Made by a program: the position numbers and the translations under genes. Below are positions 10,607-19,394 of a DNA stretch of 32,085 bases, piece after piece (position 1 is the stretch's first letter; the number at the start of each line of letters is the position of its first letter). The notes beneath the pieces are model-generated. The model made no database searches. It worked only from the letters and a program-made list of their open reading frames with translations, and was not told the DNA's origin. Location: assembly GCA_038749355.1 (NCBI GenBank), contig JBCDID010000001.1, positions 1 through 32,085 of the forward strand, read 5' to 3'. Source of the DNA: Pseudomonadota bacterium. GTDB lineage: Bacteria > Pseudomonadota > Alphaproteobacteria > Rhodobacterales > Rhodobacteraceae.

Positions 10607-10986
10607 ATGGCTATCCCCATGTCTTTATAGGTTTGCTTGACTACCTTCAGCGCGTGGTTCGCGGCGGGCACACCTGCATAGATCGCCACGTGCAGCATGG
10701 CCTCGCGCACTTCGTCCGGTGTCGCCCCGGTATTGGCGGTAGCGCGGACATGCATGGCGACCTCGTCCCACTGCCCGAGCGCTGCCAGGAGCGCGAGCGT
10801 GATCAGCGACCGATCACGGTGCGAGAGATCCTCGCGCGCCCAGACCGAGCCCCAGGCACCTTCGGTGATCAGCGTCTGGAAGGGCTCGTCGAACGCCGTC
10901 TTCGCAGACTCCGCCCGGTCTACATGCGCATCGCCCAGAACCGAGCGGCGCACCACCATGCCTTGATCGAACCGCTCACCCATCAA
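10603..10986 (-). CDS. pcaC: 4-carboxymuconolactone decarboxylase
   Basis: [43 protein letters not shown]; 4-bp overlaps with pcaD and pcaH. Confidence 0.93.
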   Translation of the reverse strand: MMGERFDQGMVVRRSVLGDAHVDRAESAKTAFDEPFQTLITEGAWGSVWAREDLSHRDRSLITLALLAALGQWDEVAMHVRATANTGATPDEVREAMLHVAIYAGVPAANHALKVVKQTYKDMGIAI

Positions 10987-11765
10987 GCATTCTCCTTCAG
11001 GAACGCTGTCAGAAGTGCCGCGTACGCGTCCGGCTTCTCGACACAGGGCAGATGGCCGGTGCCGTCGATGACGTGGAAACGGGATCCTTGGATCATCTCG
11101 ACCGTGCCGCGCACCAGGTCTGGCGGGCTGGAGCCGTCCTCGGATCCCGCTATCCCCAGCGTCGGCAGGGTAAGCTTGGCCGTGGACGCCGCGAGATCAG
11201 CCGCCGCGATCGCGCGGCAGCACCCGACATAGCCCTGTTGAGGCGTGCGGGTTAGCATGTTGCGCCATGCCTCGAATTCGTCCGTCGCGCGGAACTCCGG
11301 CGCGAACCAGCGCTCGAGAATGGCGTCCGCGATGCTGGCGATGCCGTTTGTCTCGATGGCCGAGATCCGGCCCTCCCACATCTCGGGCGAGCCCATCTTC
11401 GCAGCGGTGTTCGAGAGCACCAGCGCCTTAATCAGATCCGGACGCGTGGCCGCGAGCCCCTGCCCGATCATCCCGCCAATCGAAAGCCCGACGAACACAC
11501 AGTTCCGCACACCGAGCATGTCCAGCAAAGTAGCCGCGTCCCCGACCAGCTGCTCCATGCTGTAGGGCGCGTCGGGACAGGACGATAGGCCATGCCCGCG
11601 CTTGTCGAAACGGATCACCGTCAGCCCCGCGGGCAGCCTTGCCACCACCTTGTCCCAAAGCCGAAGATCTGTCCCCAGCGAGTTGGCAAAGACAACCGGC
11701 ATCCCCGCAGGATCGCCCTCTTCGCGCCAGTTCAGCTTCACGGTATCAAGGTTGGCTATGTGCAT
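10983..11765 (-). CDS. pcaD: 3-oxoadipate enol-lactonase
   Basis: Alpha/beta hydrolase: FANSLGTDLRLWD, DKRGHGLS, GLSIGG nucleophile, GHLPCVE; start ATG 11765 with AAGGAG RBS. Confidence 0.93.
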   Translation of the reverse strand: MHIANLDTVKLNWREEGDPAGMPVVFANSLGTDLRLWDKVVARLPAGLTVIRFDKRGHGLSSCPDAPYSMEQLVGDAATLLDMLGVRNCVFVGLSIGGMIGQGLAATRPDLIKALVLSNTAAKMGSPEMWEGRISAIETNGIASIADAILERWFAPEFRATDEFEAWRNMLTRTPQQGYVGCCRAIAAADLAASTAKLTLPTLGIAGSEDGSSPPDLVRGTVEMIQGSRFHVIDGTGHLPCVEKPDAYAALLTAFLKENA

Positions 11766-11833
11766 CCGGCTTCTCCTTACGGCAACATTGGCTTGCAATT
11801 ATCGATATGTGAAGTGACAAATCATCCTTCTTA

Positions 11834-11851
11834 GTTTCCAAAAAGGGAAAC
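11834..11851. promoter_or_regulatory. Candidate PcaQ (LysR) binding site
   Basis: Inverted repeat GTTTCC-AAAAAG-GGAAAC containing a T-N11-A spacing, in the AT-rich pcaD/pcaQ divergent gap just before the pcaQ ATG. Confidence 0.4.
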
Positions 11852-11853
11852 CA

Positions 11854-12777
11854 ATGATTGGTCGCCGTATCAAGTTCCGCCACGTGCAGTCGTTTGTCGA
11901 GATCTGTCGGGAGGGCAGCTTCAAGCTGGCCGCCGAAAAGCTGTTCCTGACACAGCCTGCAATCTCGAAGACGTTGAAGGAACTGGAGGACATTCTGGGT
12001 CACACACTTCTCGTCCGTGACCGGGGCGGCGTGCGCCTGACCGCGGATGGCGAGATCTTTCTGCGCTTTGCGGAGATGTCCATCGCGGCGCTTCAACAGG
12101 GCATCGACGGGATGGCGCAGCGTCAGAACGCGGGCCAACCGACCGTGTCCGTTGGCGTCCTGCCATCCGTGGCCGCGCGACTGGTTCCCGCAGTTGCGGA
12201 ACGTTTCGGTCGGGCGATGCCAGAGGCAGTGCTCAAGATCGCAGACGGTCCCCTCGGTTTTCTCTTGGAAAGACTGAAGCTCGGCGTCCTGGATCTGGTG
12301 ATCGGACGGATGGGCGCACACGAGCAGATGAAGGGAACCTCGTTCTCGGCGCTCTACCAGGAACGGGTCAGCTTCATCGTGCGCGCAGGCCACCCCCTAC
12401 TGGACGAACCGAAACTGTCACGAATTGGGGAGTGGCCGGTGATATACCCGGTCGAGGGGTCTGCAATCCGGCCCATCGTGGACAGGTTCATGGCAGAACA
12501 GGGGATCGGCGAGGTGCCACGGCGGATCGAGACTGTCTCTGGCGCCTTTGGGCGTGTTCACGCGCAGAACAGTGATGCGATCTGGATCATTTCAGAAGGG
12601 GTTGTTGCAAGCGAGATTGCGCAGGGTCAACTCGCCGCCCTACCCTTCAACACCAACACGACGCTTGGGCCCATAGGGATCACTGCGCGCGAAGACTGGG
12701 AGTTCACGCCTGCTGCACAGCGGTTTCGCCGCATTCTGCGGGAGACTGTGGACACCGTGCCAGGGATCACTGTCTGA
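11854..12777 (+). CDS. pcaQ: LysR-family pca operon regulator
   Basis: RRIKFRHVQSFVEI, LTQPAISKTLKELE HTH, IETVSGAFGR; divergent from pcaDCHG. Confidence 0.92.
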   Translation: MIGRRIKFRHVQSFVEICREGSFKLAAEKLFLTQPAISKTLKELEDILGHTLLVRDRGGVRLTADGEIFLRFAEMSIAALQQGIDGMAQRQNAGQPTVSVGVLPSVAARLVPAVAERFGRAMPEAVLKIADGPLGFLLERLKLGVLDLVIGRMGAHEQMKGTSFSALYQERVSFIVRAGHPLLDEPKLSRIGEWPVIYPVEGSAIRPIVDRFMAEQGIGEVPRRIETVSGAFGRVHAQNSDAIWIISEGVVASEIAQGQLAALPFNTNTTLGPIGITAREDWEFTPAAQRFRRILRETVDTVPGITV

Positions 12778-12841
12778 CCTCAGACATCCCCCCAGCCATC
12801 AAATGAAGACAGGGTGAGGATGACTCCACCCCGCCAATGCC

Positions 12842-13330
12842 TCAAAGCTGTTCGAGCAGCGCTTCGGCGGAAGTGGACGTCATCTGACCCGGAGCGTCCT
12901 CCACATTGATCGCCTTCACGGTCCCGTCCGCGACCACGGCGGAGAACCGCTTGTTGCGCACACCGAGGCCCGCCGCGGACGCATCAAAGTCGAGCCCCAT
13001 GCCCTTGGCGAGTTCCGCCGACGAATCGCCGAGACAGCGGATGCCGGCATCGGAGGCACCGGAAGCAGCGCCCCATTCCTTCATCACGAACGGGTCGTTC
13101 ACCGACACGCACACGATCTCGTCCACGCCCTTGGCCTTCAGCGCGCCTGCATTCTCGACGAAGCTCGGCATGTGCTTCATGTGGCAGGTCGGCGTGTAGG
13201 CACCCGGGACCCCAAAGATCGCCACGGTCTTGCCCGCGAACACGTCGGCGGCGGCAACCTGGGTCGGGCCTTCGTCCGTCATCTCGAAAAGCGTTGCGGC
13301 AGGCATCTTGTCGCCAGCTTGAATGGCCAT
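12842..13330 (-). CDS. Peroxiredoxin, Prx5-like subfamily
   Basis: [12 protein letters not shown] peroxidatic motif, [14 protein letters not shown]; start ATG 13330 with GGAG RBS. Confidence 0.92.
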   Translation of the reverse strand: MAIQAGDKMPAATLFEMTDEGPTQVAAADVFAGKTVAIFGVPGAYTPTCHMKHMPSFVENAGALKAKGVDEIVCVSVNDPFVMKEWGAASGASDAGIRCLGDSSAELAKGMGLDFDASAAGLGVRNKRFSAVVADGTVKAINVEDAPGQMTSTSAEALLEQL

Positions 13331-13371
13331 ATCGAAGTCTCCTTCTGACTGTCGGTGGGTTGTCGGATTGA

Positions 13372-14139
13372 TTATTTGGGCCCCATGCGGATCGCGCCGT
13401 CCATGCGGATCACTTCGCCGTTCATATAGCCCGTCTCGGCAATGAAGCACACGAGTTTGCCGAATTCGTCTGGATCGCCGAGGCGCACGGGGAAGGGCAC
13501 CTGCTGGGCGAGGCTGTCCTGTACGTCTTCGGGCAGGCCGCGCAGCATGGGCGTGCCGAAAATGCCCGGGGCAATCGTCATGACCCGGATGCCGTTGCGC
13601 GAGAGGTCACGCGCCGCAGGCAGTGTCAGCCCGGCCACACCGCCCTTGGACGAAGCATAGGCCGCCTGCCCGATCTGCCCGTCAAAGGCTGCCACCGAGG
13701 CCGTGTTCACGATGACACCGCGCGCACCATCCGCGTCCGCGGGCTCTGCCTGAGACATCGCCCACGCTGCCTTGGACATCACCCGCATGGTGCCGATCAG
13801 GTTGATCTGGATGACCTGCTCATAGTGCCCCATGTCGATGGGACCGTCGCGCCCGATGGTCTTGCCCGGCGAGCCCACGCCCGCGCAATTCACGACGATG
13901 CGGGGCGCTCCATGGGCTGCGACGGCCTTGGCGATTGCTGCCTCGACGCTCTCGTCCGAGGTGACATTGGTCTCGGCGAAGAGCCCGCCAATGTCGGAGG
14001 CCACGGCCTCGCCGCGAGCCGCATCCATGTCGAAGATCGTGACCTTCGCGCCACGCGCTGCCAGTGCCCGGGCCGTGGCTTCGCCTAATCCGCTTGCCGC
14101 ACCCGTCACGATGGCCGGGGTATCCGCTCCGATCTGCAT
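13372..14139 (-). CDS. SDR-family oxidoreductase (type II 3-hydroxyacyl-CoA dehydrogenase, HSD10-like)
   Basis: [36 protein letters not shown] (YxxxK), [13 protein letters not shown]. Confidence 0.9.
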   Translation of the reverse strand: MQIGADTPAIVTGAASGLGEATARALAARGAKVTIFDMDAARGEAVASDIGGLFAETNVTSDESVEAAIAKAVAAHGAPRIVVNCAGVGSPGKTIGRDGPIDMGHYEQVIQINLIGTMRVMSKAAWAMSQAEPADADGARGVIVNTASVAAFDGQIGQAAYASSKGGVAGLTLPAARDLSRNGIRVMTIAPGIFGTPMLRGLPEDVQDSLAQQVPFPVRLGDPDEFGKLVCFIAETGYMNGEVIRMDGAIRMGPK

Positions 14140-14168
14140 GCCTGCCCTCCCTTGCGTTGCCGTGGGAT

Positions 14169-14762
14169 CTACGCCTGTGGCACCTTTCCGCCAAGCCCCT
14201 CGCTACGAAAGATCCGGATACGGGTATCCCCATAGGTCCGGTCGTCCGAAAGAATCAGGCCGGGGGGCGCCTCAATCTCCGCGTCCACGCTCTCCTCCAG
14301 GACCACCACAGCCCCATCTGCCAACCACTCGCCATCCAGTGCCGACATCAGCGCCTTGGTGCCCAGGCCTTTGCCATATGGCGGGTCCACGAACACAAGA
14401 TCAAAGCGACCGCCTCTGCACGTCCCCAATCGCGTGGCATCCCGGCGCCAAAGTTTCGTCTGCCCGATGGCCCGCAAGGTGTCGATGTTCTGACGGATCA
14501 GCCCACGCGCCGCAGGACCGTCATCGACAAAAGCGATGAAAGCGGCACCACGGGACAGGGCCTCGAACCCCAACGCGCCAGTCCCCGCGAACAGGTCGAG
14601 CACACGCATTCCGTCGATGTCCGGATAACCGCCATGGGTCAGCAGGTTGAAGAGCGACTCGCGCACGCGGTCAGACGTCGGCCTGAGATGCGCCGCACCG
14701 CCACCCCGCGCGCCCGGGGCGGCCAGCCGGGCTCCCTTGAAACGTCCGCCGATGATCCTCAA
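14169..14762 (-). CDS. rsmD: 16S rRNA (guanine966-N2)-methyltransferase
   Basis: RIIGG, LRPTSDRVRESLFN, VLDLFAGTGALGFEALSRGA, DPPY; TTG start overlaps the GNAT stop. Confidence 0.95.
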   Translation of the reverse strand: MRIIGGRFKGARLAAPGARGGGAAHLRPTSDRVRESLFNLLTHGGYPDIDGMRVLDLFAGTGALGFEALSRGAAFIAFVDDGPAARGLIRQNIDTLRAIGQTKLWRRDATRLGTCRGGRFDLVFVDPPYGKGLGTKALMSALDGEWLADGAVVVLEESVDAEIEAPPGLILSDDRTYGDTRIRIFRSEGLGGKVPQA

Positions 14763-15205
14763 TGGCCCAGATCCTTGGCGAACTGCACGCGTTCGAACCC
14801 GTCCTCCAGGCCCTTGCCAATCTCCCGGTACCCGAGATGGCGGTACATGCTCTGGTTCTCAACCATGGTGATGTGGGTGTAGAGCCGGATCCGGTCGAAA
14901 CCGCGCCTGAGCGCCTCCGACTCAGCGAAACCCGTCAACAGACGACCGACCCCTTGCCCCTGCGCTTCCCGCGCAACAGCGACATTCTCGAGCATCAGCG
15001 CATCCGCCAGATCCGAGAGCACCAGAATGCCAGCCACACCAGCATTTGGCTCGGCAACCCAAACAGCACCCTCGGCAATCCGGGCTGCATAGTCATCCTG
15101 CATAGGCGCGGGCGGGCGGTCCATACGGGCGGCAAGCGGCGCATAGGCCTCGTGGACAATCCGCTCCACTGCGGCGAGGTCACCGCGCACGGCCTTCCGG
15201 ATCAC
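14759..15205 (-). CDS. GNAT-family N-acetyltransferase
   Basis: Acetyl-CoA motif NVAVAREAQGQGVGR, LYT..M.EN...Y..LGY; GTG start at 15205 overlaps the upstream stop (GTGA). Confidence 0.88.
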   Translation of the reverse strand: MIRKAVRGDLAAVERIVHEAYAPLAARMDRPPAPMQDDYAARIAEGAVWVAEPNAGVAGILVLSDLADALMLENVAVAREAQGQGVGRLLTGFAESEALRRGFDRIRLYTHITMVENQSMYRHLGYREIGKGLEDGFERVQFAKDLGH

Positions 15206-16395
15206 AGCACCTGGTCCAGCGCCTCGACAAGCTGGGTCATCTCGGCCTCGGTGTTGTAGTGGAGGAAGGAGAGCCGCAGCACCCCGTGCTCGACCGATAC
15301 GCCCTGAGCCGCGACACAGCGATCGGAATAAAAACACCCGCCACCGGCCATGATCTTGTGCTCGGCAAGCTCGGTGGCCAGCTCCTCGCCCGGTCGCCGG
15401 TGCACAAGGCTGATCGTCGGCGCACGGCGTTCGGGGTCGGACGGCCCCAGCAATCGCACGTCGTTGCGCCCATCCAGCCAATCCATGAGCGGACCCATCA
15501 ACGCGATCTCCCGCGCCCGCACCAGATCATGCGCTGATTGCCCTCCATGGCGTTCCGACAATGCCTCCGCATAATCAACCATGCCCGCAAGCGCACCCTG
15601 TTGCGCATGATCCGGCCCCGCAGGTGTGAACCATGTCCGCGGCAGCGTCTCGTTGAAATAATGCCCCTGCGGCGCCAACCGCGATGCCGCCTCACTTCGC
15701 ACCGTCATGACGCCCTGATGCGGCCCGTGGGTCTTGTAGGCGGAGAACATGTAGACATCGGCGCCCAGTGCTCCCGCGTCAGGAATACCGTGCGGCGCAT
15801 AGGAGACCCCATCGACCACCGAAATCGCCCCGGCCTCAAGGGTCATGGCGCAGATCTCGCGGACCGGGTTAATCTCGGCGACGATGTTGGAGGCATGCGG
15901 GACAGCGACAACCCGGGTCCGGTCAGTCAGCAGCCCCCTCAAATCGGAAGGTTCAAGATGCCCGGTGTCCGGGTCCAGCTTCCACTCGCGTATTACAAAG
16001 CCGTCATTGACCAGCCGCCGCCAATAGCCCGAGTTCGCCTCATGATCCTGATCGGTGACCACGATCTCGTCGCCCGGTTCGAACGCCTGCCGAACGGCTT
16101 GTGCCAGCACATAGGTGTTCTGCGTGGTGGACGGCCCGAAATGGATCTCATCACCGGTAACCCCCATCAGAGCGGCCAAGCGGGCTCGCGACTCATCCAT
16201 CCTCGCACCACCTTCGGCAGAGGCAGGAAAATCCCAATAGGGCTGCACCTTGGTCGCGACATAGAACCGGTTCAGCCGGTCGATGACCTGCTGGCAAGCA
16301 TAGGAGCCGCCCGCGTTTTCGAACATGGCCCACTCCTGCAGGGACGGCTCGGAAAACGCCGGGAACTGTGAGCGGACGAAATCGATGTCGAACAT
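15202..16395 (-). CDS. Aminotransferase class V / cysteine desulfurase-like PLP enzyme
   Basis: FENAGGS, DHEAN, VDGVSYAPH, FSAYK (PLP lysine), LRLSFLHYN; start ATG 16395 with GGAGAGG RBS. Confidence 0.9.
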   Translation of the reverse strand: MFDIDFVRSQFPAFSEPSLQEWAMFENAGGSYACQQVIDRLNRFYVATKVQPYWDFPASAEGGARMDESRARLAALMGVTGDEIHFGPSTTQNTYVLAQAVRQAFEPGDEIVVTDQDHEANSGYWRRLVNDGFVIREWKLDPDTGHLEPSDLRGLLTDRTRVVAVPHASNIVAEINPVREICAMTLEAGAISVVDGVSYAPHGIPDAGALGADVYMFSAYKTHGPHQGVMTVRSEAASRLAPQGHYFNETLPRTWFTPAGPDHAQQGALAGMVDYAEALSERHGGQSAHDLVRAREIALMGPLMDWLDGRNDVRLLGPSDPERRAPTISLVHRRPGEELATELAEHKIMAGGGCFYSDRCVAAQGVSVEHGVLRLSFLHYNTEAEMTQLVEALDQVL

Positions 16396-16501
16396 GAGTA
16401 CCTCTCCAACACCCGCAACAGTGCCGACGGGCCGCGCGCGGGTGGGTTGGGCCGCCACAACCTGTCAGCCATCGCGACGTTGCCCGGGAGCGCGCGGACC
16501 G

Positions 16502-17494
16502 TCAGGCGTTGACGTCGACGACCACGCGGCCCTTGACTTTGCCCTTGAGGATCGAGGTGCCGAGCTCCGGCAGATCCGACAGCCCTGCCGTCGAGACCAT
16601 CGCCTCCAGTTTGGCCATGGGAAGGTCACGCGCGATGCGCTGCCAGGCGACAACACGATTGGCCTGCGGCTGCATGACCGAGTCGATACCCAAAAGGTTC
16701 ACACCCCGCAGCAGGAACGGCACGACCGTCGCGGGCACGGCGGCCCCACCGGCAAGCCCGACCGCCGCGACAGAGGTTCCATACTTCATCTGCGTCAACA
16801 CGCGCGCGAGCATGTCGCCACCGACCGCATCGACACATCCCGCCCAGGCCTCCTTGTCGAGCGGGCGCGTGGGCGCCTCGGCAATATCTTCGCGGGGTAC
16901 GATGGTGGTCGCACCCAGGTCTTTCAGGTAGTCAGCCGTATCTGGCCGCCCGGTCACGCCTGCGACCTCGTAGCCCAGATTGGCGAGGATTGCCGTGGCC
17001 ACGGAACCCACGCCACCGGCCGCACCCGTGACCAGGACCGGACCATCGCCCGGCGCCATCCCGTGATTCTCCAAAGCCATGACGGCCAGCATGGAGGTGA
17101 ACCCAGCAGTCCCGACCGCCATGGCTTGGCGCGTGTCCAACCCCTCGGGAAGGCGCGTCAGCCACTCCGCCTTCACGCGGGCCTTCTGGGAATAGCCACC
17201 CCACCAAACCTCGCCCACGCGCCAGCCGGTCAGCACCACCTTGTCACCGGGGGCAAAATCCGGGCTGTCGGAGCTCTCGACCGTACCTGCAAAGTCAATC
17301 CCCGGCACATGCGGGAAGTTGCGCACGAGCCCGCCTTTGGCGTTCACGCAGAGACCGTCCTTGTAGTTCAGGGTCGAATACTCGACCGAGACGACCACAT
17401 CCGCCTCGGGCAGCTGGTCGACCTCCAGTTCCTGGATCTCCTGGCTGACCTGACCGTCCTCGGCCTTGTTCACCACAAGCGCGCGAAAGCCCAT
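16502..17494 (-). CDS. acuI: Acryloyl-CoA reductase AcuI/YhdH (MDR family)
   Basis: YSTLNYKDG, PHVPGIDFAGTV, LTGWRVGE, AMAVGTAGFT, VTGAAGGVGS, PFLLRGVNLLGIDSV; start ATG 17494. Confidence 0.88.
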   Translation of the reverse strand: MGFRALVVNKAEDGQVSQEIQELEVDQLPEADVVVSVEYSTLNYKDGLCVNAKGGLVRNFPHVPGIDFAGTVESSDSPDFAPGDKVVLTGWRVGEVWWGGYSQKARVKAEWLTRLPEGLDTRQAMAVGTAGFTSMLAVMALENHGMAPGDGPVLVTGAAGGVGSVATAILANLGYEVAGVTGRPDTADYLKDLGATTIVPREDIAEAPTRPLDKEAWAGCVDAVGGDMLARVLTQMKYGTSVAAVGLAGGAAVPATVVPFLLRGVNLLGIDSVMQPQANRVVAWQRIARDLPMAKLEAMVSTAGLSDLPELGTSILKGKVKGRVVVDVNA

Positions 17495-17530
17495 GCTCTT
17501 CTCCCTGCGAGGTAAATGACGAGTTTGAGT

Positions 17531-17542
17531 TGACACCTGTCA
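17531..17542. promoter_or_regulatory. Palindrome TGACA-CC-TGTCA overlapping a TTGACA hexamer in the acuI/DUF2182 divergent gap
   Basis: Perfect 5-2-5 dyad; TTGACA at 17530-17535. No convincing -10 element found. Confidence 0.4.
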
Positions 17543-17617
17543 CGCCAGAGGTTTCATGGCAACCCGAAAACCACAGCCGGGAAGTGTCCAACTCCGGCAA
17601 TCCGGAGATGCCCCTGC

Positions 17618-18661
17618 ATGAGCGCCCGTCTGATCTCCCGTTATGCCGACGACCCACGCGTTCTGACGGTCATTGTGACCGCCTTGATCGCCGCCGTTCT
17701 GTGGATGGCGACGTGGCAGACCATGTCCGGAATGTCTGGCATGTCCATGGACGGCATGGAGATGGGCGGAGGCATGTCGATGGATAAGCCCATGGAGATG
17801 GGCGACGCCATGCAGGCCGACAAGCCGATGCAAATGGAGAACATGCCGTCGGGTGGCTCCATGGTGCAGGGCGAGATGGCCGAGAGCATGCAGGACACCA
17901 TGTCGGGCGATGCGCAAGGTGGCATGTCGGAAGGCATGTCAGAGAACATGTCCAGCGGAATGTCGAGCATGTCCGGCAATATGGCAGGCGGAATGGCGAT
18001 GGATATGGACATGCCCGGCATGTCGATGGACCCCACCGACTGGTCCATGGGCACCATCGCGGCGACGACCACGATGTGGATCCTGATGATGGCCGCCATG
18101 ATGCTGCCTGCAATGGCACCGGTTATGGCGATCTACGCCGGACTGGCGGCGAAAGAGGACAGCGGCGCGCGGTTGGCCCTGCGTATTGGCGTCTTCACCA
18201 TGGGGTATTTCCTGCTCTGGGCCGTGTTCTCGGTGGCCGCGGCACTGGGACAATTGTCGCTCCGCGGATCCGAGTGGTTCACCATGGGCGGCACGCTTGC
18301 TTTACCCGTTGCGGCAGGCCTCCTGCTAATCATCGCGGGCGCCTACCAGCTGACGCCCATCAAGGAGTTTTGCCTCCGCCATTGCCGCCATCCGCTCACC
18401 TACCTGATGAGCCACTGGCGAGAAGGGCTCGCCGGCGCCTTCCCGGTGGGCGCGCGCCACGGCGTCTACTGCCTCGGTTGCTGCATCGCGCTGATGGGGC
18501 TGATGTTCGTCTTCGGCGCCATGGACGTGTTCTGGATGGCGATGATTGCCCTTTACTTCCTGGCGGAGAAAATCCTTCCCGCAGCCGAGATTTGGGGGAA
18601 GATATTCGGGGGCTTGCTGATCCTCGCCGGTATTGTCACATTGGCGCAGACTGTTATCTGA
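17618..18661 (+). CDS. DUF2182 predicted metal-binding integral membrane protein with a long Met-rich insertion
   Basis: MWILMMAAMMLP, GYFLLWAVFS, AYQLTPIKEFCLRHCRHP, GVYCLGCCIALM and LAEK motifs; residues 36-137 contain 30 Met. Confidence 0.88.
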   Translation: MSARLISRYADDPRVLTVIVTALIAAVLWMATWQTMSGMSGMSMDGMEMGGGMSMDKPMEMGDAMQADKPMQMENMPSGGSMVQGEMAESMQDTMSGDAQGGMSEGMSENMSSGMSSMSGNMAGGMAMDMDMPGMSMDPTDWSMGTIAATTTMWILMMAAMMLPAMAPVMAIYAGLAAKEDSGARLALRIGVFTMGYFLLWAVFSVAAALGQLSLRGSEWFTMGGTLALPVAAGLLLIIAGAYQLTPIKEFCLRHCRHPLTYLMSHWREGLAGAFPVGARHGVYCLGCCIALMGLMFVFGAMDVFWMAMIALYFLAEKILPAAEIWGKIFGGLLILAGIVTLAQTVI

Positions 18662-18668
18662 AGGACCC

Positions 18669-19394
18669 ATGGCCGTGAAAACGCAAACAAAAGTCCGCAA
18701 GGCCATCCGGCTGCTCGCCCCGTCGATCACCTCGCGGATGCCGGGTACGGGCACAGACCTGGTGCCGCACGAGGTCGCGACCGCGTCCGAGGAAGGCTGG
18801 GTGATCAAGGGCGAGCTGGCGCTCAACTGCTCCTGCGACGTGTTCTGCCCCTGCGACGTGTCGCTCGGGGTCGCACGCCCGACACACGGGTACTGCCAGG
18901 CGTGGATGGCCTTCCACGTGGACGACGGGCACTATCAGGGGACACCGCTGGCGGGCCTGAACGTGGCACTGATGCTGGATATTCCTGGGCGCATGGCCGA
19001 GGGCGGCTGGACCGTCGCGCTTTACGTGGACGAAAGCGCCACTGATGCCCAGGTCACGGCCATGGAAATGATCTTGTCGGGTCAGGCCGGGGGGACCACG
19101 GGACTCCTGAAGCTGCTCGTTTCGAACTTCCTCGGGACCAAACGTGTGCCGGTGACCTATCAGGTCGAAGGTGCCGTGCGGACGGTGACGGCGGGCCGGG
19201 CGATCCTCGCGTCCATCGAGCCCATCGGCGGTGCCGACCCTGACCACCACGTCACGATCCAGAACTCCAAGTACTGGATGTCGCCAACGATCACGATCGC
19301 GAGGGGGCTGAAGTCGCGGTTCAGAGACTTTGGCCGGATGTGGGATTTCGAGGAATGCTCGGCCCAAGTTGTGAACCTGGACTGGAAGGGATAA
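18669..19394 (+). CDS. DUF1326 family Cys-rich putative metal-binding protein
   Basis: W.IKGE..LNCSCDVFCPC...PTHGYC, ALYVDESA and ILSGQAGG motifs; usual partner of DUF2182; start ATG 18669 with AAGGA RBS. Confidence 0.88.
   Translation: MAVKTQTKVRKAIRLLAPSITSRMPGTGTDLVPHEVATASEEGWVIKGELALNCSCDVFCPCDVSLGVARPTHGYCQAWMAFHVDDGHYQGTPLAGLNVALMLDIPGRMAEGGWTVALYVDESATDAQVTAMEMILSGQAGGTTGLLKLLVSNFLGTKRVPVTYQVEGAVRTVTAGRAILASIEPIGGADPDHHVTIQNSKYWMSPTITIARGLKSRFRDFGRMWDFEECSAQVVNLDWKG

Noticed and set aside
12778-12841. Possible terminator between convergent pcaQ and the peroxiredoxin gene (GGGTGAG...CTCCACCC)
   Set aside because: Weak, bulged stem without a T-run; not supportable.
17540-18253. His-rich minus-strand ORFs (17540-17917, 17939-18253)
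   Set aside because: The CAT codons are simply the reverse complement of the Met (ATG) codons of DUF2182.
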